Shown here: positions 7,761-16,447 of the stretch, one piece after another | Position numbering within the stretch: the first letter of the stretch is position 1 | Layout: every line of letters starts with the position of its first letter | The notes under the pieces: model-generated | Seen by the model: only the letters and a program-made list of their open reading frames with translations | The model's database searches: none | Told to the model about the DNA's origin: nothing | NCBI GenBank assembly: GCA_002704665.1 | Contig: PAHB01000116.1 | Coordinates: forward strand, 7,429 to 40,628 | DNA length: 33,200 nt | Reading direction: 5' to 3' | Source: Pseudomonadota bacterium | Lineage (GTDB): Bacteria > Pseudomonadota > Gammaproteobacteria > Burkholderiales > Eutrophovitaceae | Position numbers and translations under genes: made by a program

Positions 7761-9209
7761 TTGTTACGTGATGCTCCACTAGAGATTCAGGGAAGAGTAT
7801 ACCATCCCACTTCATCTGTTATAAAGCAGTTGCAAGTTACGAGACAAACGCTATGGCGTTGGAGGAAGAGAGGGCTGATACCGCCTGGACATAGCCTCCC
7901 AAACAGAAGAGTTTACTATACTGACGCTGAAGTCGAAAAAATTTGGGCTTACTGTCGACAGGTTGAACAGAATGCTGTCATTAATCAGATTTCACTTTTT
8001 GAAGAGTCATCGATTAACATTAAGAACGACTCATCGCTGTCTGAGACCGACATATATTTAGATAATAATGCTACCACTCAAACATTGAAGTCAGTTCGGC
8101 AAGGGATGATGAAAAATTTAGAAGAGGGATTTGGCAATCCTTCTAGTTCCCATAGTAGGGGTAGTAAAGTCAGAGAGGCCGTTTTTTTAGCGCGAAAAAA
8201 CGTGGCTGAATTAGTTGGCACGGAACCTGAAAATATCATTTTCACTTCTGGTGCAACTGAGTCGAATAACATGGTTCTTCGATCTTTTGCTGATCCTTCA
8301 ACTGACCACATTATTACAACGGCCATCGAACATTCTTCTATTGCTAAACCGTGTAACTATTTAGAGAGTCAGGGAGTGCGCTTGAGTCGAATGAATGTGA
8401 CGGCAGAGGGGCGACTAAACGTTGCTGAGCTTGAGCAAATTTTGTTGACTGAAAAACCTACTCTTGTTGCGCTACACTGGGTTAACAGCGAAACAGGGGT
8501 TATCCAACCGATAGAAGAGATTGCGAGACTATGTCGAGCGCATAAGGTACCTCTGTTGTGCGATGCTGCACAAGCTGTTGGTAGAATTCCGATTGAATTA
8601 GACATGGTTGATGTTGATTTCCTTACAGCATCAGCGCACAAGTTTCATGGGCCACCTGGAGTTGGTATTTTAGCTACTAAAAGTAGTCAATTGATCAAAA
8701 GTCTGGTACTCGGTGGAGACCAGGAGTCAGCTATGAGGCCAGGAACGGAGAATGTCCCAGGTATTGTCGGTCTTGGTATCGCGGCTGATGAGAGAAATAA
8801 AAGTTTGGTTGAAATTTCTTGCGAAATATCTGAATTAAGAGACAGCTTTGAGCGGAAGATTATCGAGAGATTGCCATTCGTAAAAGTTAACGGGGACATT
8901 AATAACAGGGTTTGCAATACATCAAACTTACAGTTCACCGGTATAGATGGACAAGTGTTGTTGGCACAGTTTAATTCGGCGGGTATCTATTGTTCTCAAG
9001 GATCAGCCTGTTCGAGTGCGATACCTGAAGCGTCCCCGGTACTGACTGCGATGGGATTGTCTAGAGATGAGGCGAATTCAAGTATTCGTTTTTCATTCAG
9101 CGCTTTGAATTCTAAAGACGATGTAATAAAAGCAGTTGAAAGAATTGTAGAAAAGACGCTTTTTGTTAAGGATATGACAGAAAAATTGGGGATGACTCGT
9201 GCTAGCTAA
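7761..9209 (+). CDS. sspA: Cysteine desulfurase (SspA/DndA-like, NifS/IscS family) with an N-terminal extension of about 95 aa containing an HTH
   Basis: Class V aminotransferase core starts at IYLDNNATTQ. PLP lysine in SAHKFHGPPGVG, catalytic cysteine loop SQGSACSS. N-terminal SSVIKQLQVTRQTLWRWRKRGLIPP resembles a MerR/excisionase-type HTH. TTG start; no in-frame ATG before the desulfurase core. Confidence 0.85.
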   Translation: MLRDAPLEIQGRVYHPTSSVIKQLQVTRQTLWRWRKRGLIPPGHSLPNRRVYYTDAEVEKIWAYCRQVEQNAVINQISLFEESSINIKNDSSLSETDIYLDNNATTQTLKSVRQGMMKNLEEGFGNPSSSHSRGSKVREAVFLARKNVAELVGTEPENIIFTSGATESNNMVLRSFADPSTDHIITTAIEHSSIAKPCNYLESQGVRLSRMNVTAEGRLNVAELEQILLTEKPTLVALHWVNSETGVIQPIEEIARLCRAHKVPLLCDAAQAVGRIPIELDMVDVDFLTASAHKFHGPPGVGILATKSSQLIKSLVLGGDQESAMRPGTENVPGIVGLGIAADERNKSLVEISCEISELRDSFERKIIERLPFVKVNGDINNRVCNTSNLQFTGIDGQVLLAQFNSAGIYCSQGSACSSAIPEASPVLTAMGLSRDEANSSIRFSFSALNSKDDVIKAVERIVEKTLFVKDMTEKLGMTRAS

Positions 9210-9219
9210 TGGAACAAAG

Positions 9220-10083
9220 ATGAAGTTCGGAGCTCATCAGACTTTTGCTTTACGCGAAGGTTGGCTTCATAAAGGAGTCAGGCTGTTGGAGTCAGGTCAG
9301 GCTAATTTTGAAAGTGATGACGCTCAAAATAAGCTTGGAGTTGGTCGCAACATGGTTAAGTCAATTAAATTTTGGATGCAGCTTACGGGCTTAATTGAAA
9401 AGAACACGCAAACAGGCAACGTAGAACTGTCGCCCTTGGCTCAATTAATCAGTCAACACGATCCGTATTTCATCGAAAATGAGACCTGGTGGGCGTTACA
9501 CGTTAATATGACTACTCATAAAGAATCGCCTTGGTGCTGGTTTTTTGAAAATTTTCGAGGAGATAAGTTTGATCGAGCGCAATGTATTGAACAACTAAAC
9601 CGGTTCGTTCGGGTTGGGAACAAAAGGCCTCCTCAAATAAAAACTATTCAGCGGGAAGTGGCATGTCTTCTGCAAACTTATGGTCAGTCGATACCTGCCG
9701 AAAGGACCGATCCTGAGGATGGTAATGATTGTCCTTTCATTCGGCTTAATTTATTACAGCATTTCAAAGAGTCTGGAGCCTTTCGGTTTCAAAAGAACAC
9801 TTCTTTTCCGACTGCGAAAGAAATACTTTGTTATGCGTTAGCTAAACAATTTAACAATGGGTTTGACATTCGTCTACAAGAAGCGGTGGCGGCGACTTGC
9901 TCTTTATTTAAGATAGATGAAGACGTTCTTGTTATAACGATTGAAGAAGCTATTGCTGAGTTTGGATCGGAGAAGATCAACTTGATTAATCAGGCGGGAG
10001 AAAGGTTGATTACCATGGATTTTGATCTATGTTGGCTAAAAACTTTTTACCTTAATAGCAATCGAACACGTAACGCGGCTTAA
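9220..10083 (+). CDS. sspB: DUF4007-family protein (SspB-like, proposed nickase of the Ssp system)
   Basis: N-terminus MKFGAHQTFALREGWLHKG matches my recollection of the DUF4007 start. Sits between the desulfurase and the large ATPase. The ORF track starts at GTG 9199; ATG 9220 is more likely. Confidence 0.7.
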   Translation: MKFGAHQTFALREGWLHKGVRLLESGQANFESDDAQNKLGVGRNMVKSIKFWMQLTGLIEKNTQTGNVELSPLAQLISQHDPYFIENETWWALHVNMTTHKESPWCWFFENFRGDKFDRAQCIEQLNRFVRVGNKRPPQIKTIQREVACLLQTYGQSIPAERTDPEDGNDCPFIRLNLLQHFKESGAFRFQKNTSFPTAKEILCYALAKQFNNGFDIRLQEAVAATCSLFKIDEDVLVITIEEAIAEFGSEKINLINQAGERLITMDFDLCWLKTFYLNSNRTRNAA

Positions 10084-10104
10084 ATATTGATGAGCGCCAA
10101 GTAA

Positions 10105-13100
10105 ATGAGCATGAATATACAATTTTTAAAATCGATAAACATTCTTCAAGATATTGAATATCCTGAACGGCTTCTACACTTTCGGCCGACTATGAAGTCT
10201 GTTTCCCTTTTGAATCGATTGCTGTTACGGGGAGATTTCAGAGAACGGACTTATTCCGTGATCGCACCTTATGGAACAGGGAAGTCACTTACGTGTGCAT
10301 ATCTCACACAACTCGTTGAAAATAGAACTACCCATGATACAGAACTACTAATCCATACCGTATCAGATCGCATGGTTGCGGTGGATCCTGCTTTAGCGTC
10401 GTTTTCTCGGGAGCGGATGTCCAGCAAGTTCAAAGGAATGGCGATAGCACTCGAAGGTTACCAACCTAATCTTGTAGAGTCCCTACGAGAAGCCACGGTC
10501 AGTGCGATTAAACGCAACAAACTTGGTCGAGTTCCAACGGCGTTCACCATGTCCAAAGAAGAAGAGGTGCAGGTTAATCAAGGTCGAGCATTAGATAAAT
10601 TGTTAACGGCTTTAGTGAAATTCGCTGAAAAGAAAAAAGTTGATAGGATAGTTCTAGTCTGGGATGAGTTTGGCCGACATCTAGAAGAATTAGTAGGGAA
10701 TGGGCAAGGACCGGCTTTAGCGATCGTGCAACAGCTCGCGGAGAAAATCGCTAGGGTGACGGACCTTACTATAAGTTTTGCCACAATCACCCACCGTGCC
10801 TTTAACTCCTACCAAGAAAACCTGCCTACCAACGAGCAGCAAGAGTGGAATAAGGTTAACGGTCGATTCACAAGCTACTCATATACGGACGACACTATTG
10901 AAATCTATGAGTTGCTTGGTGATGTGATTGATGGACTTCAAATATCCTCGGGCGCTTCAAAAAAAAATCTAAAGACAACTGCTGAAAGATTGTTATCTGT
11001 TCGGCTTTTTTCAGATTTTAAAATCGATCGCTTAATAAACTTATTAGATTCGATTGGCTCCACTGATCCAATCGCCTTTTATCTTTTACCTCTGTTAGCC
11101 GCGCGGACTGCTCAAAATGAACGAACAATGTTCAGTTTTCTCCAAGCTTTTCCTCATGATAAGCCTATCGGAGTTGATGAGCTTTATGAGTATTTTTCTC
11201 CGTCTATGGAGATGGATCGTGGCGTCGGCGGATCGAATCGCGTTTGGCTCGAAACAGAGAGTGCCTGTGCAAAGGTTGATACCGATCAAGAAAAAACGAT
11301 CTTGAGACTGACTAGCCTGCTCGGGTTAACTTTAAAAGAGAAAGGTATTAAAGTTACTCCAAAATTGCTCTCCACAGTAGCATCCATAGGTCCTCGCTCA
11401 AAAAAGTCTGTTGATCAAACTATTCGCTCTCTTATGGACCGGAATTTGCTTCTACATCGCACACATACTGATGTGGTTTCTTTGTGGCACGGAACAAGTA
11501 CTGATCTCAAAGAACGTCTTCGAGATTTAGAAGCTTCTGAACGACAACGACTCGATTTAATTGAATTTTTAAAGCAAGAGTATCCATGCGCGTCGATAAA
11601 ACCAGTGCGATACAACGATCAAAATGCTATTCGCCGATTCTTCATAAGACACTATGTATCTAGTGGTCTATTCATTGGACAAGAATATGGCCGACTAAGT
11701 CTCGGTATGGAAGCAAATGTGGACGGAACAATTCACTATATATTTGTAGAGAACGAAAATGATCGAAAGAAAGTGATCGAAAAGTTACACGAGGATGAGG
11801 TAGAGAAGAGGAGACTGTTTGCGGTCGTCGATCTTCCCGCAGGGATAAGAGATGCGGCGGTAGAATTGTCAGCGCTACGATTGCTAGCAAATGACGAAGA
11901 ATTGATAGGACAAGATCCTTTAATAGGAGATGAAATCTCACAAAAAATTGATGACGTTTTGGCCTATCTTGAGAAACAGGTCGATTTTTTGTTGCGACCG
12001 GAAAACATTATCAGTTGGTATCATAATGGAGAAAATATCTTGATCCGAAGCCAGTCTGAGTTACTCGAAAAATTATCGTCTATCATGGATTTAACTTTTG
12101 GAGAGACGCCTTATATTAATAATGAGATGATTAATCGGTTTACTCCGAATGCCTCTCAGGTGAGTGCTCGCAAGAAGGTTTCTCTCGGGATTCTTGAACG
12201 ATACGGACATGAGCGATTAGGAATCAAAGGGGAAAACGCGGATAAAGCGATTTTTAGAAGTGTATTACTAGAGACCGGCCTATATATTCCGAGCGAACCC
12301 GATAGTGAGTTACGGTGGCGTTTCGTGCTTCCCAGTGAAATCTCAGATTCGAATCAGAGATTGAAAAACGTTTGGATGAAATTTGAGAGTTTCCTTACCC
12401 AACCAAAAAAAGGAAAAAAAGAATTTAAAGAGTTTTTTCGACACCTTGAGAGTCCTCCTATTGGTTTACGAACAGGAATAATCCCGATTTTACTTGCCGC
12501 AGGGCTAAAGGCATTCCCGAATGTGGGTTCGATAGCAAGACGCAACGGGGACTCAATCAATGATTTAACGCCCTCAGAGATTGAGGATATTTGCAGGAAG
12601 CCAGAAGACTTTTTTCTTACTGTAATTGAGATAGATGAGCAGAAGCAAGAATTTCTGAAAGGGATTATATCGCTCTTTTCTAGGGAAGGGGAAGAGAACA
12701 CTATTGAGGGTGCGGGATTGTTGAAAACTGCTCATGAAGCGGTAGTCGATTGGAGCGTTGTAGAGCTTGGTAAAGGAGCACGCGAGTCTAGATTGATTAA
12801 GGGTGAAACGCGAAAGTTACAGCGGGCTTTAAGGCGATTAAATGATCCGCAAAAGTTGTTGCTTGAAGATCTTTTCAAACTAGGAGGGACGGAGGCAACT
12901 GTGCAGAAGCGCTTATTGAAACTTGAGACTCTTAAAAAAGAAATGGAAGAGCTTCCTAAAACATATCAGAATCTGGCAACTCGACATATAATTCTTGCCT
13001 TAGATGATGGGGTGCCTAAAACGGAACTCAATTTGCTTGAAACACTGAAATCCTGGCAAGGTGAGGTTGGTGGTCAAATTAAAGAAAAAAATCTCTCAGC

Positions 13101-13473
13101 TGAAGCAAATCTACTTTTGAAGAGTCTGAATTCGGCTTATTTAACTGAAAGTTCTGCAATTGAGAGAATCGGCCTAGTAGTTACAAACCAGATTTTTAAA
13201 CATTGGTCTGATGAAATATTGCAATTATTTCGATTGAAATTTAATGACAATATTAGCACTATAGAAGCCGAAGTTCTGATAAATAGTCAAGGGAATCAGG
13301 AAACCCTTAAGAGCCGGATGTTGAGGAATAGATTACTCAAATTGGCTGGGGCCCTGAAAGATGAGGTCGGCGAGGCGGACACGCTGAGTTACCTTTTAGA
13401 ACTTCAACAATCACTTACTGAAGAGGGGACATTATCTAATGCCAACAGTCAAAGACGCGATAGAAAACTCTGA
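10105..13473 (+). CDS. sspC: Large P-loop NTPase (SspC-like)
   Basis: Walker A APYGTGKS, Walker B-like IVLVWDEFGRHLE, long helical C-terminal region (1122 aa). Lies between the DUF4007 and PP-loop genes. Its 3' end overlaps the next gene by 35 nt. Confidence 0.7.
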   Translation: MSMNIQFLKSINILQDIEYPERLLHFRPTMKSVSLLNRLLLRGDFRERTYSVIAPYGTGKSLTCAYLTQLVENRTTHDTELLIHTVSDRMVAVDPALASFSRERMSSKFKGMAIALEGYQPNLVESLREATVSAIKRNKLGRVPTAFTMSKEEEVQVNQGRALDKLLTALVKFAEKKKVDRIVLVWDEFGRHLEELVGNGQGPALAIVQQLAEKIARVTDLTISFATITHRAFNSYQENLPTNEQQEWNKVNGRFTSYSYTDDTIEIYELLGDVIDGLQISSGASKKNLKTTAERLLSVRLFSDFKIDRLINLLDSIGSTDPIAFYLLPLLAARTAQNERTMFSFLQAFPHDKPIGVDELYEYFSPSMEMDRGVGGSNRVWLETESACAKVDTDQEKTILRLTSLLGLTLKEKGIKVTPKLLSTVASIGPRSKKSVDQTIRSLMDRNLLLHRTHTDVVSLWHGTSTDLKERLRDLEASERQRLDLIEFLKQEYPCASIKPVRYNDQNAIRRFFIRHYVSSGLFIGQEYGRLSLGMEANVDGTIHYIFVENENDRKKVIEKLHEDEVEKRRLFAVVDLPAGIRDAAVELSALRLLANDEELIGQDPLIGDEISQKIDDVLAYLEKQVDFLLRPENIISWYHNGENILIRSQSELLEKLSSIMDLTFGETPYINNEMINRFTPNASQVSARKKVSLGILERYGHERLGIKGENADKAIFRSVLLETGLYIPSEPDSELRWRFVLPSEISDSNQRLKNVWMKFESFLTQPKKGKKEFKEFFRHLESPPIGLRTGIIPILLAAGLKAFPNVGSIARRNGDSINDLTPSEIEDICRKPEDFFLTVIEIDEQKQEFLKGIISLFSREGEENTIEGAGLLKTAHEAVVDWSVVELGKGARESRLIKGETRKLQRALRRLNDPQKLLLEDLFKLGGTEATVQKRLLKLETLKKEMEELPKTYQNLATRHIILALDDGVPKTELNLLETLKSWQGEVGGQIKEKNLSAEANLLLKSLNSAYLTESSAIERIGLVVTNQIFKHWSDEILQLFRLKFNDNISTIEAEVLINSQGNQETLKSRMLRNRLLKLAGALKDEVGEADTLSYLLELQQSLTEEGTLSNANSQRRDRKL

Positions 13474-14245
13474 AACAAATGAATACCGACATATTGTGAG
13501 CGTCTCTGGAGGCAAAGACTCCACGGCACTTGCTATTTATATGCAGCAAGAATATCCCGATCTTTCGACGGAATACGTGTTCTGTGATACCGGCTCGGAG
13601 CTTCCTGAAACTTATGAATATCTCGACAAGTTAGAAGTTGTCTTGGGAAAAAAAATTCAAAGATTAAATGCGCTAGAGGGGCTTAACATACGAAAGCGCC
13701 CGGGGCGCTCAGCATTTGAGTTTTTGTTAAAAGAGCTTTATGGAGGGTATCTTCCTTCTCCTCGAGCTAGATGGTGCACATCCACTCTTAAAATCATACC
13801 TTTTGAAAAATATGTGGGAGAGGACAAGGCATACAGTTATATTGGTATCCGTGCTGATGAAGATCGAGAAGGCTATACATCAAGAAAGCCTCCAGCACTT
13901 TCCGAGTTGCCTAATATTATTCCCGTTTATCCCTTCAAGGACGCTGATCTGGGTTTAGAGGATATAAACGATATTCTAGCTGACGCGGGCATAGGCTTGC
14001 CAAAGTATTATGAATGGCGTTCGCGTTCTGGATGTTACTTTTGTTTTTACCAGCAGATAGGAGAATGGCAAGGGCTCAAAGAGCGTCATCCAGATTTATA
14101 CGAGAAGGCGAAAGCATTTGAAAAGACAGAAGGTGATAAGAAATTCACTTGGGTTGATGGTCGCACGTTGTCTGACGTCGAGAAAATTAAGAAGCGTTAT
14201 GAAATCAAAAGTGTAAAAGATGGGTGTGCTATCTGTCACCTTTAG
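13439..14245 (+). CDS. sspD: PP-loop ATP pyrophosphatase, PAPS reductase family (SspD/DndC-like)
   Basis: PP-loop SVSGGKDS near the N-terminus. Cysteine clusters SGCYFCFYQ and GCAICHL at the C-terminus. Overlaps the preceding ATPase gene. Confidence 0.85.
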   Translation: MPTVKDAIENSETNEYRHIVSVSGGKDSTALAIYMQQEYPDLSTEYVFCDTGSELPETYEYLDKLEVVLGKKIQRLNALEGLNIRKRPGRSAFEFLLKELYGGYLPSPRARWCTSTLKIIPFEKYVGEDKAYSYIGIRADEDREGYTSRKPPALSELPNIIPVYPFKDADLGLEDINDILADAGIGLPKYYEWRSRSGCYFCFYQQIGEWQGLKERHPDLYEKAKAFEKTEGDKKFTWVDGRTLSDVEKIKKRYEIKSVKDGCAICHL

Positions 14246-14323
14246 AGAAACCGTTAAGGTGATGTGAAAGCTTCGATTTATCAAATCTAGCTTTTAGCAG
14301 TATATACTTCTACGTTTTACTTT

Positions 14324-14386
14324 GATTATGAAGCGGTTGTGATAGGAGCTGGCGTATGTGGTATCTATCAAATCAAATTCTCGTAA
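14324..14386 (+). pseudogene. 21-codon remnant encoding a Rossmann GxGxxG N-terminus (flavin monooxygenase-like fragment)
   Basis: Reads DYEAVVIGAGVCGIYQIKFS-stop. This is a typical FAD/NAD(P)-binding beta-alpha-beta start, truncated after 20 residues with no proper start codon in frame. Confidence 0.25.
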
Positions 14387-14403
14387 GTTAAAAAGGGGTA
14401 TTT

Positions 14404-15237
14404 ATGAAAATTGGCACTGCTATAAGAAACATGGGGCCTGCTGCCAAGCGAGATATTATCTTATCCAGTGCGCAAATGGCCGAGAAAGCCTCGCTGGAAC
14501 ACATTTGGGCTGTTGATCACGTAGCGATTCCTCCTGATGAGTCCGAGGGGTCTGACGGAATTTGGTTGGACCCACTCGCGGTATTATCTTTTTTCGCGGC
14601 CGCAACCAGTGAGATAAAAATTGGTGTCAGTGTCCTGGTGCTACCCTATCGTCCTCCTTTGCTAACTGCAAAGTGGGTGGCAAGCATACAAGAACTGTCT
14701 AACGAAAGACTGTTGCTTGGCGTAGGGTCGGGTTGGATGGAAGCGGAGTACAAGGTTTTGGGGGTGGAAAAAAGAAAGCGCGGAAAATTAACTGACGAAG
14801 GCTTAGATTTTTTGCGCACCTGTTTCAATTCAAAGAATGATGTAGTGAACCTTAATGGACAGGATTTTTATTTTCGGCCGAAGCCGAAGTGTCCTCCAAT
14901 TTATGTGGGAGGCATGACGGAGGCTGCCCTTCGTAGGGTCGTTGAACGCGGCGAGGGGTGGATGCCTGTTGGTTTAGATCCTGTAAAGATAAAACCTCTC
15001 GCGGCCCAGTTAAAGGTACTGTCGGAAAGAGCGGAAAAACCAATTCCAAAGATAATGGTGCTGGGAAGTCTGCCGGATGATAACAGCAAAGCAGTAGATG
15101 ATTTATTAGAGTGCCAGGAATTAGGTGTAACCGACTACATTCAGGCCTCTCGTTACTCCAGGATCGAAGAATTTGAAAATATAGTCGCGAGATTAACAGA
15201 GCTTAAAAGTCAGACTGAAGATTCGTCGATAGTTTGA
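14404..15237 (+). CDS. Luciferase-like monooxygenase (LLM) class flavin/F420-dependent oxidoreductase
   Basis: 277 aa. Segments IWAVDHV, LGVGSGW and PPIYVGG...GEGWMP resemble LLM/Rv2161c-type oxidoreductases. AAAGGGG ribosome-binding site upstream of the ATG. Confidence 0.75.
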   Translation: MKIGTAIRNMGPAAKRDIILSSAQMAEKASLEHIWAVDHVAIPPDESEGSDGIWLDPLAVLSFFAAATSEIKIGVSVLVLPYRPPLLTAKWVASIQELSNERLLLGVGSGWMEAEYKVLGVEKRKRGKLTDEGLDFLRTCFNSKNDVVNLNGQDFYFRPKPKCPPIYVGGMTEAALRRVVERGEGWMPVGLDPVKIKPLAAQLKVLSERAEKPIPKIMVLGSLPDDNSKAVDDLLECQELGVTDYIQASRYSRIEEFENIVARLTELKSQTEDSSIV

Positions 15238-15267
15238 TTTAGTAAATGTCGATGAGATTTATTTTAG

Positions 15268-15693
15268 TTGGTAAAAAGTAATAGTTATCAATCGAATTGG
15301 AGGCAGGCTATTTTTCCACGTAAATTTTATTATAGTGAATCTAGTTTCGGAACAGGTGAGGATTCCTTTGAGATCGAGTGGTTAGAGGGTGAACTCCAAG
15401 TGAGCGGTCATCCTTTTAATCAATATTTTTGCGAAGGAAGTATAAACATAAAGATTCCCAGTAATAGGTGGACAACCTTTGAGACCAAGGTTAGCGCTAT
15501 GAGATTAGCGCCAATTGAGACTGGTATTTTAGATGGTACATTTGTTGATTGTTGGATAACTTTTCGAAGACAGATAATAAAATTTGCGATGAGCAATCCA
15601 GATTTCAGCGGCTTCTTGAAGATGAGAAAATTGATTAATGACCTGACCATTTGTTCTAAACTTCCCAAGGGCATTGTTGAGGCGATGCGGTAA
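15268..15693 (+). CDS. hypothetical protein
   Basis: 141-codon ORF with a TTG start and no motif I recognise. Confidence 0.4.
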   Translation: MVKSNSYQSNWRQAIFPRKFYYSESSFGTGEDSFEIEWLEGELQVSGHPFNQYFCEGSINIKIPSNRWTTFETKVSAMRLAPIETGILDGTFVDCWITFRRQIIKFAMSNPDFSGFLKMRKLINDLTICSKLPKGIVEAMR

Positions 15694-15768
15694 TCGATAG
15701 TTCGTCAAAAGTGAGACGCTGGTCGCAATATTCTCTACTTGGAATTACGGTTAGCAATTGCTAGCTTG

Positions 15769-15975
15769 CTACCTAAATTTATGTGCGCCGTCGCTATATA
15801 CAAGTAACCCGTTTAACCTAACCACATCTTGGGCGGTAATCGATTTTTGTGCATTTAATGCACTACACTTTTTCCCTTGGCGCGTTCGAGGTCCTGTTGA
15901 ATATTGCCAAGGTTTCCATTGGTTTATGAGTGTTGCTTGACGCTCACGTTCTGCTTTGGTCCAGTGTCGTGCCAT
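15769..15975 (-). CDS. hypothetical small basic protein in the integrase module
   Basis: 68-codon ORF with an ATG start, in the GC-richer segment. Begins MARHWTKAERERQATLINQWKPW. Function unknown. Confidence 0.4.
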   Translation of the reverse strand: MARHWTKAERERQATLINQWKPWQYSTGPRTRQGKKCSALNAQKSITAQDVVRLNGLLVYSDGAHKFR

Positions 15976-16087
15976 AGTGATGCGCTTTATAGTTCGTTTT
16001 AAATTGATTCAAGAATTGTGAACGTCGATGCCACGCTGGAGGGTCCCGTGGGGGAGGGGGTGACCCCCCAGGCCGTGCGTTCTGCTA

Positions 16088-16321
16088 TTAAACAATTTGT
16101 TCACCGTTATCGATTCTATCAAGTAGCCTATTAAGATATTCATTCGACCAGGCGGCAGTACGTTCACCGATTTTTACCGGACGCTCGATGTGACCTGTTT
16201 GAATAGCAGCATACCAACGACTCCGTGAGATCGGAAAAATACTTAACACAGTTGGCAGCCGACTGTAGCCTGGTACGGGCAGACGTTTGCTTCGGGTTAG
16301 TTCCATTATTCGTTCCTTCAT
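16088..16321 (-). CDS. alpA: AlpA-family phage/island transcriptional regulator (possible excisionase-like HTH)
   Basis: LPTVLSIFPISRSRWYAAIQTGHIERPVKIGERTAAW matches the Phage_AlpA HTH pattern. Adjacent to the integrase. An alternative ATG start lies at 16306. Confidence 0.75.
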   Translation of the reverse strand: MKERIMELTRSKRLPVPGYSRLPTVLSIFPISRSRWYAAIQTGHIERPVKIGERTAAWSNEYLNRLLDRIDNGEQIV

Positions 16322-16365
16322 ATTTTGTTTCGCTTATTTTTATTATTATTTTATCACCAGTCCAT

Positions 16366-16380
16366 TTGCCATTGTGGCAA
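16366..16380. repeat. Inverted repeat TTGCCA-ttg-TGGCAA in the alpA upstream region
   Basis: Read directly from the sequence; perfect 6+3+6 palindrome. Confidence 0.6.
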
Positions 16381-16447
16381 TTTCTTAATTTTCGCATTGT
16401 TACTTTTTGGCTTTTTTGCGGGTTTTTTGCAGTTTTTTTACATGCTG

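Noticed and set aside
575-15674. Many 60-125-codon ORFs in the track that lie antisense to or nested in long, motif-rich genes. Examples: 575..763, 1035..1220, 1413..1601, 2357..2663, 3087..3376, 6307..7313, 8078..8938, 10578..12701, 13740..13958, 14646..15089, 15420..15674.
   Set aside because: They overlap confidently assigned CDSs on the other strand or frame and have low-complexity or odd composition with no recognisable motifs. They are most likely shadow ORFs.
16056-16069. GC-rich hairpin GGGGG-TGA-CCCCCC just downstream of the alpA stop, considered as an intrinsic terminator.
   Set aside because: On the alpA (minus) strand no U-tract follows the stem (it is followed by TCCCCCAC), so it does not fit a Rho-independent terminator. 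It may just be part of the GC-rich mobile module.
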